Both the position numbers and the translations under genes were made by a program. Of a stretch of 64,000 nt of DNA, positions 47,297 to 55,750 are shown piece after piece. Source of the DNA: Candidatus Flemingiibacterium sp. (GTDB lineage: Bacteria > Bacillota > Clostridia > Oscillospirales > CAG-272); NCBI GenBank assembly GCA_045636145.1, contig JAZTWV010000015.1, positions 1,586-65,585 of the forward strand, in the 5' to 3' direction. Below the pieces are notes generated by a model. The model saw nothing but the letters and a program-made list of their open reading frames with translations, searched no databases and was not told the DNA's origin. The stretch's first letter is position 1. Every line of letters starts with the position of its first letter.

Positions 47297-48949
47297 TCAC
47301 ATATTTACTTCGGAAAGCTGTGCGGCATCCGCAAGAAGGGCTTTGTCAATACTTCTTTGGAAGCATTCCTCACCCAAAGACTCATACATTCCGCCGCGGC
47401 GCATAACCGCATCTACTCTTTCATTCATACCGCAGAGTACAACACGTCTGCCCTGATTTTTCTGCTCTATGCACCATTCCTCAAGGCTCTCAACCGATGA
47501 TATGTCAATGTCGGGAACGGAGCGGAGTGAAACTATTATCTCACGTTCACCGCACTCGCTTAGCTTGTTTAAAAGTTTGCCAACATTTGCAAAGAAAAGC
47601 TCGCCTGTAACATAGACAACAACACTGTCATCATGTCCGCCGCCAAGCTCTCCGCGAGGCGCAAGTCTTGATGCATCAACCTTTGCAGAAGTCACATCAA
47701 GATGTGCGGCGTTCTTTACAAAAACCATGACCGAGAACACGATACCGATAACAATGGCAATAGTCAGGTCAAATACCACAGTAGCTATCATGGTTATGAG
47801 GAACTGCATGATGGCACCTATGAATTTCTTTCCGAACATATGCTTTATTGCGTGCCATTCATTCATGCGCCATGCCGTTACCATGAGGACTCCGGCAAGA
47901 GCAGGCATGGGGATAAGTGCCATGATGTCACCAAGAAGGAACATTGCCGCCACAAGCCACAGAGCGTGGAAGATACCTGTAAGTCTTGTCTGTGCGCCGG
48001 ATTTGATAGCAACGCTTGTACGGGCAATTGCCGCAGTTGCAGGCACACCGCCGAAGAACGGGATAATGATGTTGCCTGCCGCCTGACCGAAAAGCTCAAT
48101 GTTCGCGTCAAACGGCTCGTTCTTCATTCTGGATGCGGATGCACCGCAGAGAAGGCTTTCTATCATACCGAGAGCCGCAACAGTAAATGCCGACGGAAGC
48201 AGCGTAGTAAGCATATTAAAATCAAGACCGTTAAATGAGAGTCTGTCCTCAAGAAGCAGCGATTTCGGTATTTCACCAACGACCGCAACACCCTCAAAGC
48301 GGAATATTACGTAAACAACGGTAGCCACGATTATACCCACAAGGGATGAGGGCATTTTTGCATTCCACTTTTTCGGCCACACTATCATCACAGCCACAAC
48401 GATCAGACCGAGTACGAGAGTCCACAGATGTGGCTTAAATCCAAGTCTGCCGTAAGAGATAAGCTTTTCAACAGAAGAGCTTCCCTCGGACGCTGTACCG
48501 AAGAAATTGTCAACCTGCCCCAGCGCGATTATCACCGCAATACCGGATGTGAAGCCGGTAATTACGGGACGCGGTATAAGCGACACAAGCTTGCCAAGGC
48601 GGAAAATACCGCAAAGAAGAAGTATTATTCCGGCGATTATGCAGACAAGGAAAACGCCGTTAAGTCCGATTGCCTCGTTTGAAGCGATAGTAATAAGCAC
48701 CGCACTCATTGCGCCTGTAGGACCTGATATTTGGAAGGATGCTCCCGACAGCGCACTTATTACGATACCTGCAATTATAGCGGTAATGAGACCTGCCGCC
48801 GCATTTGCGCCGCTGGCAACACCGAAAGCAAGTGCCAGAGGAAGCGCTACTGCCGCAACAGTAAGTCCTGCCAAAAGGTCCTTAATAAGCTTTGACCCGC
48901 TGTACCCCGAAAATTCCCTCCGGAGCATTTTAAAGTAGTTTTTCAACAT
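47297..48949 (-). CDS. SulP-family anion transporter with C-terminal STAS domain
   Basis: The N-terminus is DLLAGLTVAAVALPLALAFG and a STAS tail is present. The ATG at 48949 lies downstream of the ilvE terminator, which excludes the longer ORF. Confidence 0.9.
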   Translation of the reverse strand: MLKNYFKMLRREFSGYSGSKLIKDLLAGLTVAAVALPLALAFGVASGANAAAGLITAIIAGIVISALSGASFQISGPTGAMSAVLITIASNEAIGLNGVFLVCIIAGIILLLCGIFRLGKLVSLIPRPVITGFTSGIAVIIALGQVDNFFGTASEGSSSVEKLISYGRLGFKPHLWTLVLGLIVVAVMIVWPKKWNAKMPSSLVGIIVATVVYVIFRFEGVAVVGEIPKSLLLEDRLSFNGLDFNMLTTLLPSAFTVAALGMIESLLCGASASRMKNEPFDANIELFGQAAGNIIIPFFGGVPATAAIARTSVAIKSGAQTRLTGIFHALWLVAAMFLLGDIMALIPMPALAGVLMVTAWRMNEWHAIKHMFGKKFIGAIMQFLITMIATVVFDLTIAIVIGIVFSVMVFVKNAAHLDVTSAKVDASRLAPRGELGGGHDDSVVVYVTGELFFANVGKLLNKLSECGEREIIVSLRSVPDIDISSVESLEEWCIEQKNQGRRVVLCGMNERVDAVMRRGGMYESLGEECFQRSIDKALLADAAQLSEVNM

Positions 48950-48989
48950 TTGATGTTCCTTCTTAATGTATATGTACTTGTAAAACGGG

Positions 48990-49023
48990 AAAAACTGCCG
49001 CACAAGCCTGTGTGCGGCAGTTT
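48990..49023 (-). terminator. Intrinsic terminator of ilvE
   Basis: The minus strand reads AAACTGCCGCACA-GGCT-TGTGCGGCAGTTTTT. Confidence 0.8.
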
Positions 49024-49029
49024 AAAATA

Positions 49030-50100
49030 TCAGTTTACCTTAACTGTCCAGCCGAGAGTGTCGGGCTGCTTGCCCCACTGAATACCTGTGAGGTTATCGT
49101 AAAGCTTCTGTGCCACTTCACCGATCTTGCCGCCGCCTATTATCATCTTTTCACCGTTGTTGTTAAGCTCACCGATGGGGCTGATAACAGCAGCAGTACC
49201 TGTACCGAATGCTTCGTTAAGCTTGCCTGCCTTGTAAGCGTCAACCACCTCGTCAATGGAAAGACGGCGCTCGCTTACCTTGTAGCCCCAGCTACGGAGA
49301 AGCTCAATGCAGGACATACGGGTAACGCCGGGAAGAATAGAGCCGGCTTCGGTGGTGGGAGTAACAACCTCTCCGTCAATAACGAAGAATACGTTCATTG
49401 CACCAACCTCATCTATGTATTTGTGCTCAATACCGTCAAGCCAGAGCACCTGTGCATAGCCCAGCTTTTCAGCCTTTGCCTGACCGATAAGAGATGCCGC
49501 ATAGTTACCGCCGCACTTTGTAAAGCCTGTGCCGCCCTTTACTGCGCGTACATACTCATTCTCAACGAATATCTTAACAGGATTGATGCCTGCCGCATAG
49601 TAAGAGCCTACAGGAGACAGAATTATTGCAAACAGGTATGTTTTAGATACATGAACGCCGAGATGAACGTCGGTCGCAATAATAAAGGGACGAATGTAGA
49701 GTGATGTGCCGTCCTTTACAGGTACCCAATCGCTGTCGATATCAACAAGAGTCTTAAGAGCATAAATGCAGTCCTCAACGTTTACAGCAGGTATGCACAT
49801 ACGCTCGTTTGTGCGGTTCATGCGCTCAAAGTTCTTGTCGGGACGGAAAAGCTGAATTGAGCCGTCGGGGGTACGGTAAGCCTTAAGACCCTCGAAGATT
49901 TCCTGCGCATAGTGGAACACCATTGTTGCAGGGTCAAGGGAAAAGTTTGCGTAAGGAACGATGCGTGCATCATGCCATCCCTTTCCCTCTGTGTAATTCA
50001 TTAAAAACATATGGTCGGAATAGAAATTTCCGAATCCGAGATTGTCCCAATCAGGCTTTGCCTTGGGAGCAGTGGTCTTTTCAATTCTGATACCTATCAT
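49030..50100 (-). CDS. ilvE: Branched-chain amino acid aminotransferase
   Basis: Class IV aminotransferase motifs are present, including the GGTGFTKCGGNYA region. GGAGGAAAGAACC precedes the ATG at 50100. Confidence 0.95.
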   Translation of the reverse strand: MIGIRIEKTTAPKAKPDWDNLGFGNFYSDHMFLMNYTEGKGWHDARIVPYANFSLDPATMVFHYAQEIFEGLKAYRTPDGSIQLFRPDKNFERMNRTNERMCIPAVNVEDCIYALKTLVDIDSDWVPVKDGTSLYIRPFIIATDVHLGVHVSKTYLFAIILSPVGSYYAAGINPVKIFVENEYVRAVKGGTGFTKCGGNYAASLIGQAKAEKLGYAQVLWLDGIEHKYIDEVGAMNVFFVIDGEVVTPTTEAGSILPGVTRMSCIELLRSWGYKVSERRLSIDEVVDAYKAGKLNEAFGTGTAAVISPIGELNNNGEKMIIGGGKIGEVAQKLYDNLTGIQWGKQPDTLGWTVKVN

Positions 50101-50133
50101 GGTTCTTTCCTCCAAAATAATTGTACTATGAAT

Positions 50134-50162
50134 ATTATACAACAGATGAAATCGGATTTCAA
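50134..50162 (-). promoter_or_regulatory. Sigma-A type promoter of ilvE
   Basis: On the minus strand: TTGAAA, 17 nt, TATAAT. Confidence 0.6.
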
Positions 50163-50297
50163 TATACTAAAGCAATAATTTTTAAATTTTTTTCCGCTTC
50201 TAATGATAATTCTTTACAAAAATGCGCATAAATGACCGCGTCACGTCAAAAATAGGTGTGTACAAAACTTTTTCATTCTTTTACCAAGGAGGAAAAC

Positions 50298-51584
50298 ATG
50301 AAAGAATACACAAACAGCACAAAACTCGCCCGTGGAGTATCTATCGTACTCGGTGCTATGCTGATTATCGGCACAGCTCTTCCGGTGCGTGCCGAGGATA
50401 AGCTCTCCCCCGCTCTTGACATTATCTCAAAGGAATATACTGTAGCCACAAACGGCATTGTTGGCACAGACATTTACTTTTCCGCAGAAGAACTATCCTT
50501 GGCACTTGGAGTAGAGTCGGTAGGAAAAATAACTATTGTAAGTCTCCCCGAACCTACAATGGGACGCCTTAGTCTCGGTTCAAGATACGTGGAGGTTGGA
50601 CAAACTATTTCCGAGCGAAATCTTGACGCACTAAAATTTGTTCCCTTTGGCAGCGACGAGTTTGCCGCCACATTTAAATTCTGCCGCGGAGGTGACATTT
50701 CCGGCACCACATACACCTGCACTGTATATACAACCAAAAATGTAAACATTTCGCCTGTGATAAATACTGCCGACAGTATAACTGCATCAACCGAGGCAGA
50801 TGTATACGCCGGCATCGTTCATCTCGGAACGATTTTTGCCGATGATCCGGAGGGGGACCCTGTAAAATTTGAAATACTCTCTCACCCGCAAAACGGAACG
50901 CTTAAGCTTACCGATGCGGCACGGGGATATTATGAGTATACCGCAAACGAAGGTTATACCGGTAAGGACAGCTTCACCGTATGCGCCACAGACAAGTACG
51001 GCAACCGCTCACAGCCTGCAAAAATCACGCTTCGTGCCGACATACCGAATGATACCGAAATATTCTCAGACATGGGCGGACACTGGGCAAATTCCGCCGT
51101 TATTTCCTGCGTGCGTGCAGGTGTAATTGATACTCCCTCTTCAAACGGAGCGTTCCTGCCGGATGAAAATCTCAGCCGCGCGGAGTTTTTGAACTTCGCC
51201 ATGAGTGCGGCAGGATACAGAGGCTTTTCCGTAAACACGACAGGCTTTGCAGATGATGCGGATATCCCCACCGAGTATAAGGGGTCTGTAGCCGCCGCCG
51301 AAGCTCTTGGAATAATTGACGGTGCGGACGGATATTTCTACCCCAACAATCAGATAACACGTCTTGAAGCGGCAGTTATAATATCCAGAATCACCGGTAT
51401 AGGTTCGGCTGATTCTGTAGCGGTATTTGCCGATTCCGACACGATTCCCGTTTGGGCACAGAGCGCCATGCACGGACTGTATGAGGTAGGAATCCTGCGT
51501 GGCACAGGAGACGGAAGCATTGATGCCTATGCTCCCGTGACACGCGGCGCGGCAGCGCAGATGTTATCGAAGATTATTGGGTAA
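50298..51584 (+). CDS. SLH-anchored surface protein with a cadherin/Ig-like domain
   Basis: AAGGAGG precedes the ATG at 50298 and a signal peptide is present. The cadherin-like motif is DPEGDPVKFEILSHPQNGTL. Three SLH repeats occupy the C-terminus. Confidence 0.8.
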   Translation: MKEYTNSTKLARGVSIVLGAMLIIGTALPVRAEDKLSPALDIISKEYTVATNGIVGTDIYFSAEELSLALGVESVGKITIVSLPEPTMGRLSLGSRYVEVGQTISERNLDALKFVPFGSDEFAATFKFCRGGDISGTTYTCTVYTTKNVNISPVINTADSITASTEADVYAGIVHLGTIFADDPEGDPVKFEILSHPQNGTLKLTDAARGYYEYTANEGYTGKDSFTVCATDKYGNRSQPAKITLRADIPNDTEIFSDMGGHWANSAVISCVRAGVIDTPSSNGAFLPDENLSRAEFLNFAMSAAGYRGFSVNTTGFADDADIPTEYKGSVAAAEALGIIDGADGYFYPNNQITRLEAAVIISRITGIGSADSVAVFADSDTIPVWAQSAMHGLYEVGILRGTGDGSIDAYAPVTRGAAAQMLSKIIG

Positions 51585-51592
51585 GCAGAGAA

Positions 51593-51617
51593 AAGGGACT
51601 GCCAAAAGCAGTCCCTT
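51593..51617. terminator. Bidirectional terminator
   Basis: AAGGGACTGC-CAAAA-GCAGTCCCTT. Confidence 0.7.
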
Positions 51618-51622
51618 CCATT

Positions 51623-52759
51623 TTATTTAATCTTAACCGCAAGACTTTGAGAGATAATCTGCTCCTCGCCGTCGATCATCACTACCGCCTGAGCAATTGC
51701 ATGGTATTCGCCCTTGTAAAGCGCATCAAGCTCATCCTCTGTCCATGTGTATGTGCCCGTGACACTTACTGAGCCACCGGCATCAATCGATGTAAGATCG
51801 CTCTTTGAGGTAAGCTCCACTGTGGGTTCTGCATATGCCTCACTGTTATTAAGCGGAATCAGCTTAATAAGAACTATCGGTGTTCCATCCTGCGCCGCCA
51901 TGTCGGTCTTGCCGTTATTTTTCAGCGTCGCCGTCAGCGTAATTGGAGAATCGGCAGATATATCGTTGGCATCGTATCTGCCGCGGTCAGATTTTACGGT
52001 CAGCTTCAAGTCACCGCTTGTTATGGACTCTGTCTGCGGCTGGGTGGGCAGAAACATAAAGTAGTACCCTGCCACAATTGCCACAGCTATAACAAACAGT
52101 ATGGAAAGCAGTACAATATGCTTCTTAGCAATAATAGTATCACCCGCCTGCTCTCTCGGCACAAGCCTAAGATTCACAAGCACAGGCACAAGTGCGCCGA
52201 GGAAGATTACGAGAAGAAGTGCTTCCGCCGGGAACAGTGCGAGATTCTTGACAACGCGCGGCACAGTAACAAACGCGTATGATTTTCCGTTATTGAGCCA
52301 TGCGTAGTACCATATCATTATTGAGGGATTGAGAATAAAGTTGCACACCGCCACAACCGTGAAGCGAGAGAGGATTATGCGCGTCGCAGACAATTTTGCA
52401 CGCCACAAAAACAGTGCAAAAGCAAATGAACCTGCTATTTCAACAAAAATGAACGGAAAGAAATAAGGTCCTGACGGGAACAGAATACATCCAAGGGTAT
52501 CACTGATAGCCGCCGCTATAACTGCCACCACCGGACCGAACACCGATGCACCGAGTGCATTAACGAAAAAGCCTATGGTAATGTTAAGTTCAGGTCCAAC
52601 GGGTATCCATATGGATTTAAGTGCCACGCGCATGGCGATAAGTATCGCCGTTACGCAAAGGATACGCACATCAAAAAGCTGTGAGGCGGCATCCTTCCAA
52701 TAAGCAGCCGAAAACGGAGTTTTGTAAATCGGCTCATTTCTGAGATCTCTTAGTTTCAT
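51623..52759 (-). CDS. folT: Folate-family ECF transporter S component (FolT) fused to an extra TM helix and a 141-aa extracytoplasmic domain
   Basis: The FolT-like core is IPVGPELNITIGFF..FGPVVAVIAAAISDTLGCILFPSGPYFFPF. The ATG at 52759 is preceded by AGGAGG and by a THF riboswitch. Confidence 0.75.
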   Translation of the reverse strand: MKLRDLRNEPIYKTPFSAAYWKDAASQLFDVRILCVTAILIAMRVALKSIWIPVGPELNITIGFFVNALGASVFGPVVAVIAAAISDTLGCILFPSGPYFFPFIFVEIAGSFAFALFLWRAKLSATRIILSRFTVVAVCNFILNPSIMIWYYAWLNNGKSYAFVTVPRVVKNLALFPAEALLLVIFLGALVPVLVNLRLVPREQAGDTIIAKKHIVLLSILFVIAVAIVAGYYFMFLPTQPQTESITSGDLKLTVKSDRGRYDANDISADSPITLTATLKNNGKTDMAAQDGTPIVLIKLIPLNNSEAYAEPTVELTSKSDLTSIDAGGSVSVTGTYTWTEDELDALYKGEYHAIAQAVVMIDGEEQIISQSLAVKIK

Positions 52760-52828
52760 AAAAATAAAATACCTCCTATTGACAGTCATTCCGTACTTGC
52801 CACATATAGGAGATATCTCCGTTATGTA

Positions 52829-52924
52829 ACAGCGGGATGCGAATCTGATACCGCAGGCAAAACCTTTCGTTCCCAAGACAACTCCCCGTTCATGGGACAC
52901 TTTACGCATCAGAATCTACTCTGT
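52829..52924 (-). promoter_or_regulatory. THF (tetrahydrofolate) riboswitch aptamer
   Basis: The minus strand reads ACAGAGUAGAUUCUGAUGCGUAAAGUGUCCCAUGAACGGGGAGUUGUCUUGGGAACGAAAGG..UGCGGUAUCAGAUUCGCAUCCCGCUGU. This matches the remembered THF aptamer blocks (GAGUAG, GCGU.AAGUG, AACGAA, GCGG, GCAUCC.GCU). It lies upstream of folT. Confidence 0.8.
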
Positions 52925-53150
52925 GTTTTATGCAAACTTGTTGCTGTAATAATGATATCACACTTTCGCAAAAAAATCAAGGATAAATAACAACTATATA
53001 GCAAATTCTCCATAAATATTTTTGTGCATTTTCATGAGCACCGGCGCATAATGAAAGGCATATAGTATTGAAAAATGCTCACACTTTTATATGCAGCCGC
53101 CAAGCACAGCGTATACCTAAAAAAAGTAAAAAATATTTTTATAAAACCTA

Positions 53151-53179
53151 TTGACAAACAACTTCGGTTGTGATATAAT
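53151..53179 (+). promoter_or_regulatory. Consensus sigma-A promoter of the tRNA-Met/tRNA-Glu operon
   Basis: TTGACA, 17 nt, TATAAT, with an A/T-rich UP-like region upstream. Confidence 0.75.
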
Positions 53180-53220
53180 ATTCAGGCACGGTGATTGCAG
53201 ACAGCAATTGTGTGTTATAT

Positions 53221-53297
53221 GGCGGAGTAGCTCAGCTGGCTAGAGCAACCGGTTCATACCCGGTAGGTCATGGGTTCAAGTCCAATCTCCGCTACCA
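53221..53297 (+). tRNA. tRNA-Met (anticodon CAT, elongator-like)
   Basis: A 77-nt cloverleaf with the anticodon loop TTCATAC and an encoded CCA. The G1-U72 pair and one T-stem mismatch are noted. It lacks the initiator GGG/CCC anticodon stem. Confidence 0.8.
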
Positions 53298-53324
53298 TTT
53301 TTCTCGGTCAATAGGTCGGGATAT

Positions 53325-53399
53325 GGCCCGTTGGTCAAGCGGTTAAGACACGGCCCTTTCACGGCTGTAACATGGGTTCGATTCCCGTACGGGTCACCA
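53325..53399 (+). tRNA. tRNA-Glu (anticodon TTC)
   Basis: GGCCCGTTGGTCAAGCGGTTAAGAC, with the anticodon loop CTTTCAC and an encoded CCA. Confidence 0.9.
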
Positions 53400-53438
53400 A
53401 AACAAAACACCATCCCTCGTGGATGGTTTTTTGTTTTG
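53383..53438 (+). repeat. Direct repeat copy 1 (last 17 nt of tRNA-Glu plus terminator)
   Basis: 56 nt, identical at 55/56 positions to 53544-53599. Confidence 0.85.
53411..53436 (+). terminator. Intrinsic terminator of the tRNA-Met/Glu operon
   Basis: CCATCC-CTCGT-GGATGG is followed by TTTTTTGTTTT. Confidence 0.8.
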
Positions 53439-53543
53439 TGCTACTCTGCGCGCGGAAGTGAACCCCGTAAATTGCCGGCGCAGTGTAGTTCACCCGATAC
53501 GAAATGCAATTTACCGTGCAAGCCTCGCTTGCGCGTGGCGATA

Positions 53544-53599
53544 TCCCGTACGGGTCACCAAAACAAAACACCATCCCTCGTGGATGTTTTTTTGTTTTC
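53544..53599 (+). repeat. Direct repeat copy 2 (orphan tRNA-Glu 3' end plus terminator)
   Basis: TCCCGTACGGGTCACCAAAACAAAACACCATCCCTCGTGGATG..., with no tRNA body upstream of it. Confidence 0.85.
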
Positions 53600-53602
53600 C
53601 TC

Positions 53603-54523
53603 TTACACACCGGCAAGATATTCCTCCGCAAAGTGCACCGCGGTAGCACCGTCCGCGACAGCCGTAACAATCTGCCTGAGTGCCTTTGTGCGAATATCTC
53701 CTATGGCATACACGCCATCAATATTCGTGCGCGTCGTTTCGTCCGCTATAATGTAGCCTGCGTCATCTAACGCCACCTCGCCGCGGTACAGCTCGGATGC
53801 AGGCTTGCGGCCTATGCTGACAAAAACGCCGTCAACCTCCAATTGGGTCTCTTCCCCGCTTTTCAGATTCTTTATTTTAACTGCGCGAAGCCTTTCTTCA
53901 GCGTCAAAACCAATAACTGTGCTGTCCCAGATGAATTTCACATTTTCAGCCCTCATAAGCGGCTCATGATAAATCTTAGTAGCACGAAGTGTGTCCCTGC
54001 GATGGATAACGTAAACAGCTTTGGCAAGATTCGAAAGATAAAGCGCATCCGATGCCGCGCTGTTTCCGCCGCCAACCACCGCTACCACCTTATCCTTATA
54101 AAATCTGCCGTCGCAGTGGGCGCAGTAGTGCACGCCGCGGCCTGTCAATCTATCCTCGCCCTCTACCGAAAGCCTGCGCGGATCAGCTCCGCCGCCGATC
54201 ATTACGGTGCGTGCGTGTATATCTCCGTCGGCGGTGATAAGCCGCTTTATTTTGCCCGAAAGCTCCGCGCCTATAATTTCGGCATACTGCGTTTTTGCAC
54301 CGAATCGCTCTGCCCCTGCCTGCATCTTCATTCCGAGTGTAAAACCGTCTACACCTTCATCAAATCCCGGGTAGTTGTCGATAACACCCGTAATCGTCAT
54401 TTGCCCTCCGGCTGCCATTTTTTCCACAACAAGCGTATCAAGACCTGCACGCGCCGCATAAAGTGCCGCCGTATACCCTGCCGGTCCTCCGCCTATTATT
54501 ACTGTATCATATATATGTGTCAT
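53603..54523 (-). CDS. trxB: Thioredoxin-disulfide reductase (NADPH type)
   Basis: The FAD motif is GGGPAGY and the redox centre is CAHCDG. The NADPH motifs are GGGNSA and HRRDTLRA. Confidence 0.95.
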   Translation of the reverse strand: MTHIYDTVIIGGGPAGYTAALYAARAGLDTLVVEKMAAGGQMTITGVIDNYPGFDEGVDGFTLGMKMQAGAERFGAKTQYAEIIGAELSGKIKRLITADGDIHARTVMIGGGADPRRLSVEGEDRLTGRGVHYCAHCDGRFYKDKVVAVVGGGNSAASDALYLSNLAKAVYVIHRRDTLRATKIYHEPLMRAENVKFIWDSTVIGFDAEERLRAVKIKNLKSGEETQLEVDGVFVSIGRKPASELYRGEVALDDAGYIIADETTRTNIDGVYAIGDIRTKALRQIVTAVADGATAVHFAEEYLAGV

Positions 54524-54585
54524 GGTAATTCTCCCTTAATTTTTTACTTTGCACTTATATTTTACATCATATTTTCCGTAATTTC

Positions 54586-54600
54586 CGTGACTGCGTCACA
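54586..54600. promoter_or_regulatory. Candidate Crp/Fnr-type site upstream of trxB
   Basis: CGTGAC-TGC-GTCACA. The centre lies 29 nt from the 5' edge of the predicted trxB -10 hexamer (TAAAAT, 54559-54564). Confidence 0.5.
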
Positions 54601-54646
54601 AAAAGAGGCAAAATTCCACGCTTTGATTCAAAAAATCTCGGAATTA

Positions 54647-54675
54647 TTGACATATACGCACAGACATGGTAAAAT
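54647..54675 (+). promoter_or_regulatory. Candidate promoter of the Crp/Fnr regulator gene
   Basis: TTGACA, 17 nt, TAAAAT. Confidence 0.55.
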
Positions 54676-54708
54676 AAACTTATAATTTGACGTTATGAGG
54701 AGGATATG

Positions 54709-55389
54709 ATGAAAACAGACAACGAACAGCTTATAAATCTTTTTAAAAACACATTTCCCTTTTGGGAACAAATGAGTCCTGCTGACAAAGAAATATTTCT
54801 TCATTCATCCCACAGCTTTACCTTCGAAAAAGGCACAAACATACACGACGGAAACGAATGCACAGGCGTGATACTTGTGAGAAGTGGCACCCTCAGGATA
54901 TATCTTCTTTCCGACGAAGGCAAGGAGATCACCCTCTACCGACTGTTTCCGGGCGATATGTGTATACTGTCAGCATCATGCGTACTTAATACGATCACAT
55001 TTGACGTGTTCATTGACGCAGAGGAAAACAGCGAATGCGTGGTTGTGGGCGGCTGTGCCTTTGAAGATCTGACACGCCGTATACCGGAAGCTAAGATATT
55101 TGCCCTTGAAGCCGCGCTCAGCCGCTTTTCCGACGTTATGTGGGTAATGCAACAGATACTCTTTATGAGCCTTGATCGTCGTCTTGCTATCTTTTTGCTT
55201 GATGAAATTGCCAAAAACAGTGGCGATACCGTAAAACTGACTCACGAGCAGATCGCAAAATACATGGGATCTGCTCGTGAGGCTATATCGAGAATGCTTA
55301 AATATTTTGCCGCAGAGGGCATTATATCCTATTCACGGGGTGGAATCAACATTCTCGACAAGAAGAGGCTTCGCGAATTAACTCTCTAA
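54709..55389 (+). CDS. Crp/Fnr family transcriptional regulator
   Basis: A cNMP-binding-like beta-barrel is followed by the C-terminal HTH THEQIAKYMGSAREAISRMLKYF. The second ATG (54709) has better spacing to GAGGAGG than 54706. Confidence 0.9.
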   Translation: MKTDNEQLINLFKNTFPFWEQMSPADKEIFLHSSHSFTFEKGTNIHDGNECTGVILVRSGTLRIYLLSDEGKEITLYRLFPGDMCILSASCVLNTITFDVFIDAEENSECVVVGGCAFEDLTRRIPEAKIFALEAALSRFSDVMWVMQQILFMSLDRRLAIFLLDEIAKNSGDTVKLTHEQIAKYMGSAREAISRMLKYFAAEGIISYSRGGINILDKKRLRELTL

Positions 55390-55686
55390 AAGCGACAGTA
55401 TCTGAGCCTTGGGACGTGCGCCCGTAGCCTGATTAACAATCTTTCCCTCTTTCATCACAACAAGAGTAGGGATGCTGAATACGCCGAATTCGCCTGCAAG
55501 CTCCTGCTCCAAGTCAACGTTTACCTTTCCCACTACGATATCATCGCGTTCTTCGGCAATCTCATCAATAATGGGAGAAACCATGCGGCAGGGGCCGCAC
55601 CAATCTGCATAGAAATCAATGAGAACAGGTTTCTCGCTATTCCTAAAAAGCTCCAGATTCTCTTTGTTTATGTTTATAACCGACAT
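55378..55686 (-). CDS. trxA: Thioredoxin
   Basis: 102 aa with the WCGPC active site. The 3' end overlaps the convergent regulator gene by 12 nt. Confidence 0.95.
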   Translation of the reverse strand: MSVININKENLELFRNSEKPVLIDFYADWCGPCRMVSPIIDEIAEERDDIVVGKVNVDLEQELAGEFGVFSIPTLVVMKEGKIVNQATGARPKAQILSLLES

Positions 55687-55750
55687 TTTGTCACATTCCT
55701 TTCGTTTTTTGATTTACACCTATATTATACCCTCTGTAAATTATATTTTC

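Noticed and set aside
52760-52909. 50-codon N-terminal extension of the folT ORF. Similar long-ORF extensions occur at 10162, 33410, 34683, 46314, 46799, 49003, 50142, 50256 and 42795.
   Set aside because: The extensions run through a riboswitch, terminators or promoters. Internal start codons have proper Shine-Dalgarno sequences and give canonical N-termini.
53383-53603. Integrated mobile element at tRNA-Glu
   Set aside because: Only 105 bp lie between the direct repeats, and no integrase, excisionase or cargo gene is present. It is reported only as a possible scar or miniature element, not as a mobile element.
53331-53770. Several 75-141-aa ORFs across the tRNA-Met/Glu region
   Set aside because: They overlap bona fide tRNA genes, a terminator and the repeat. 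No coding signal was seen.
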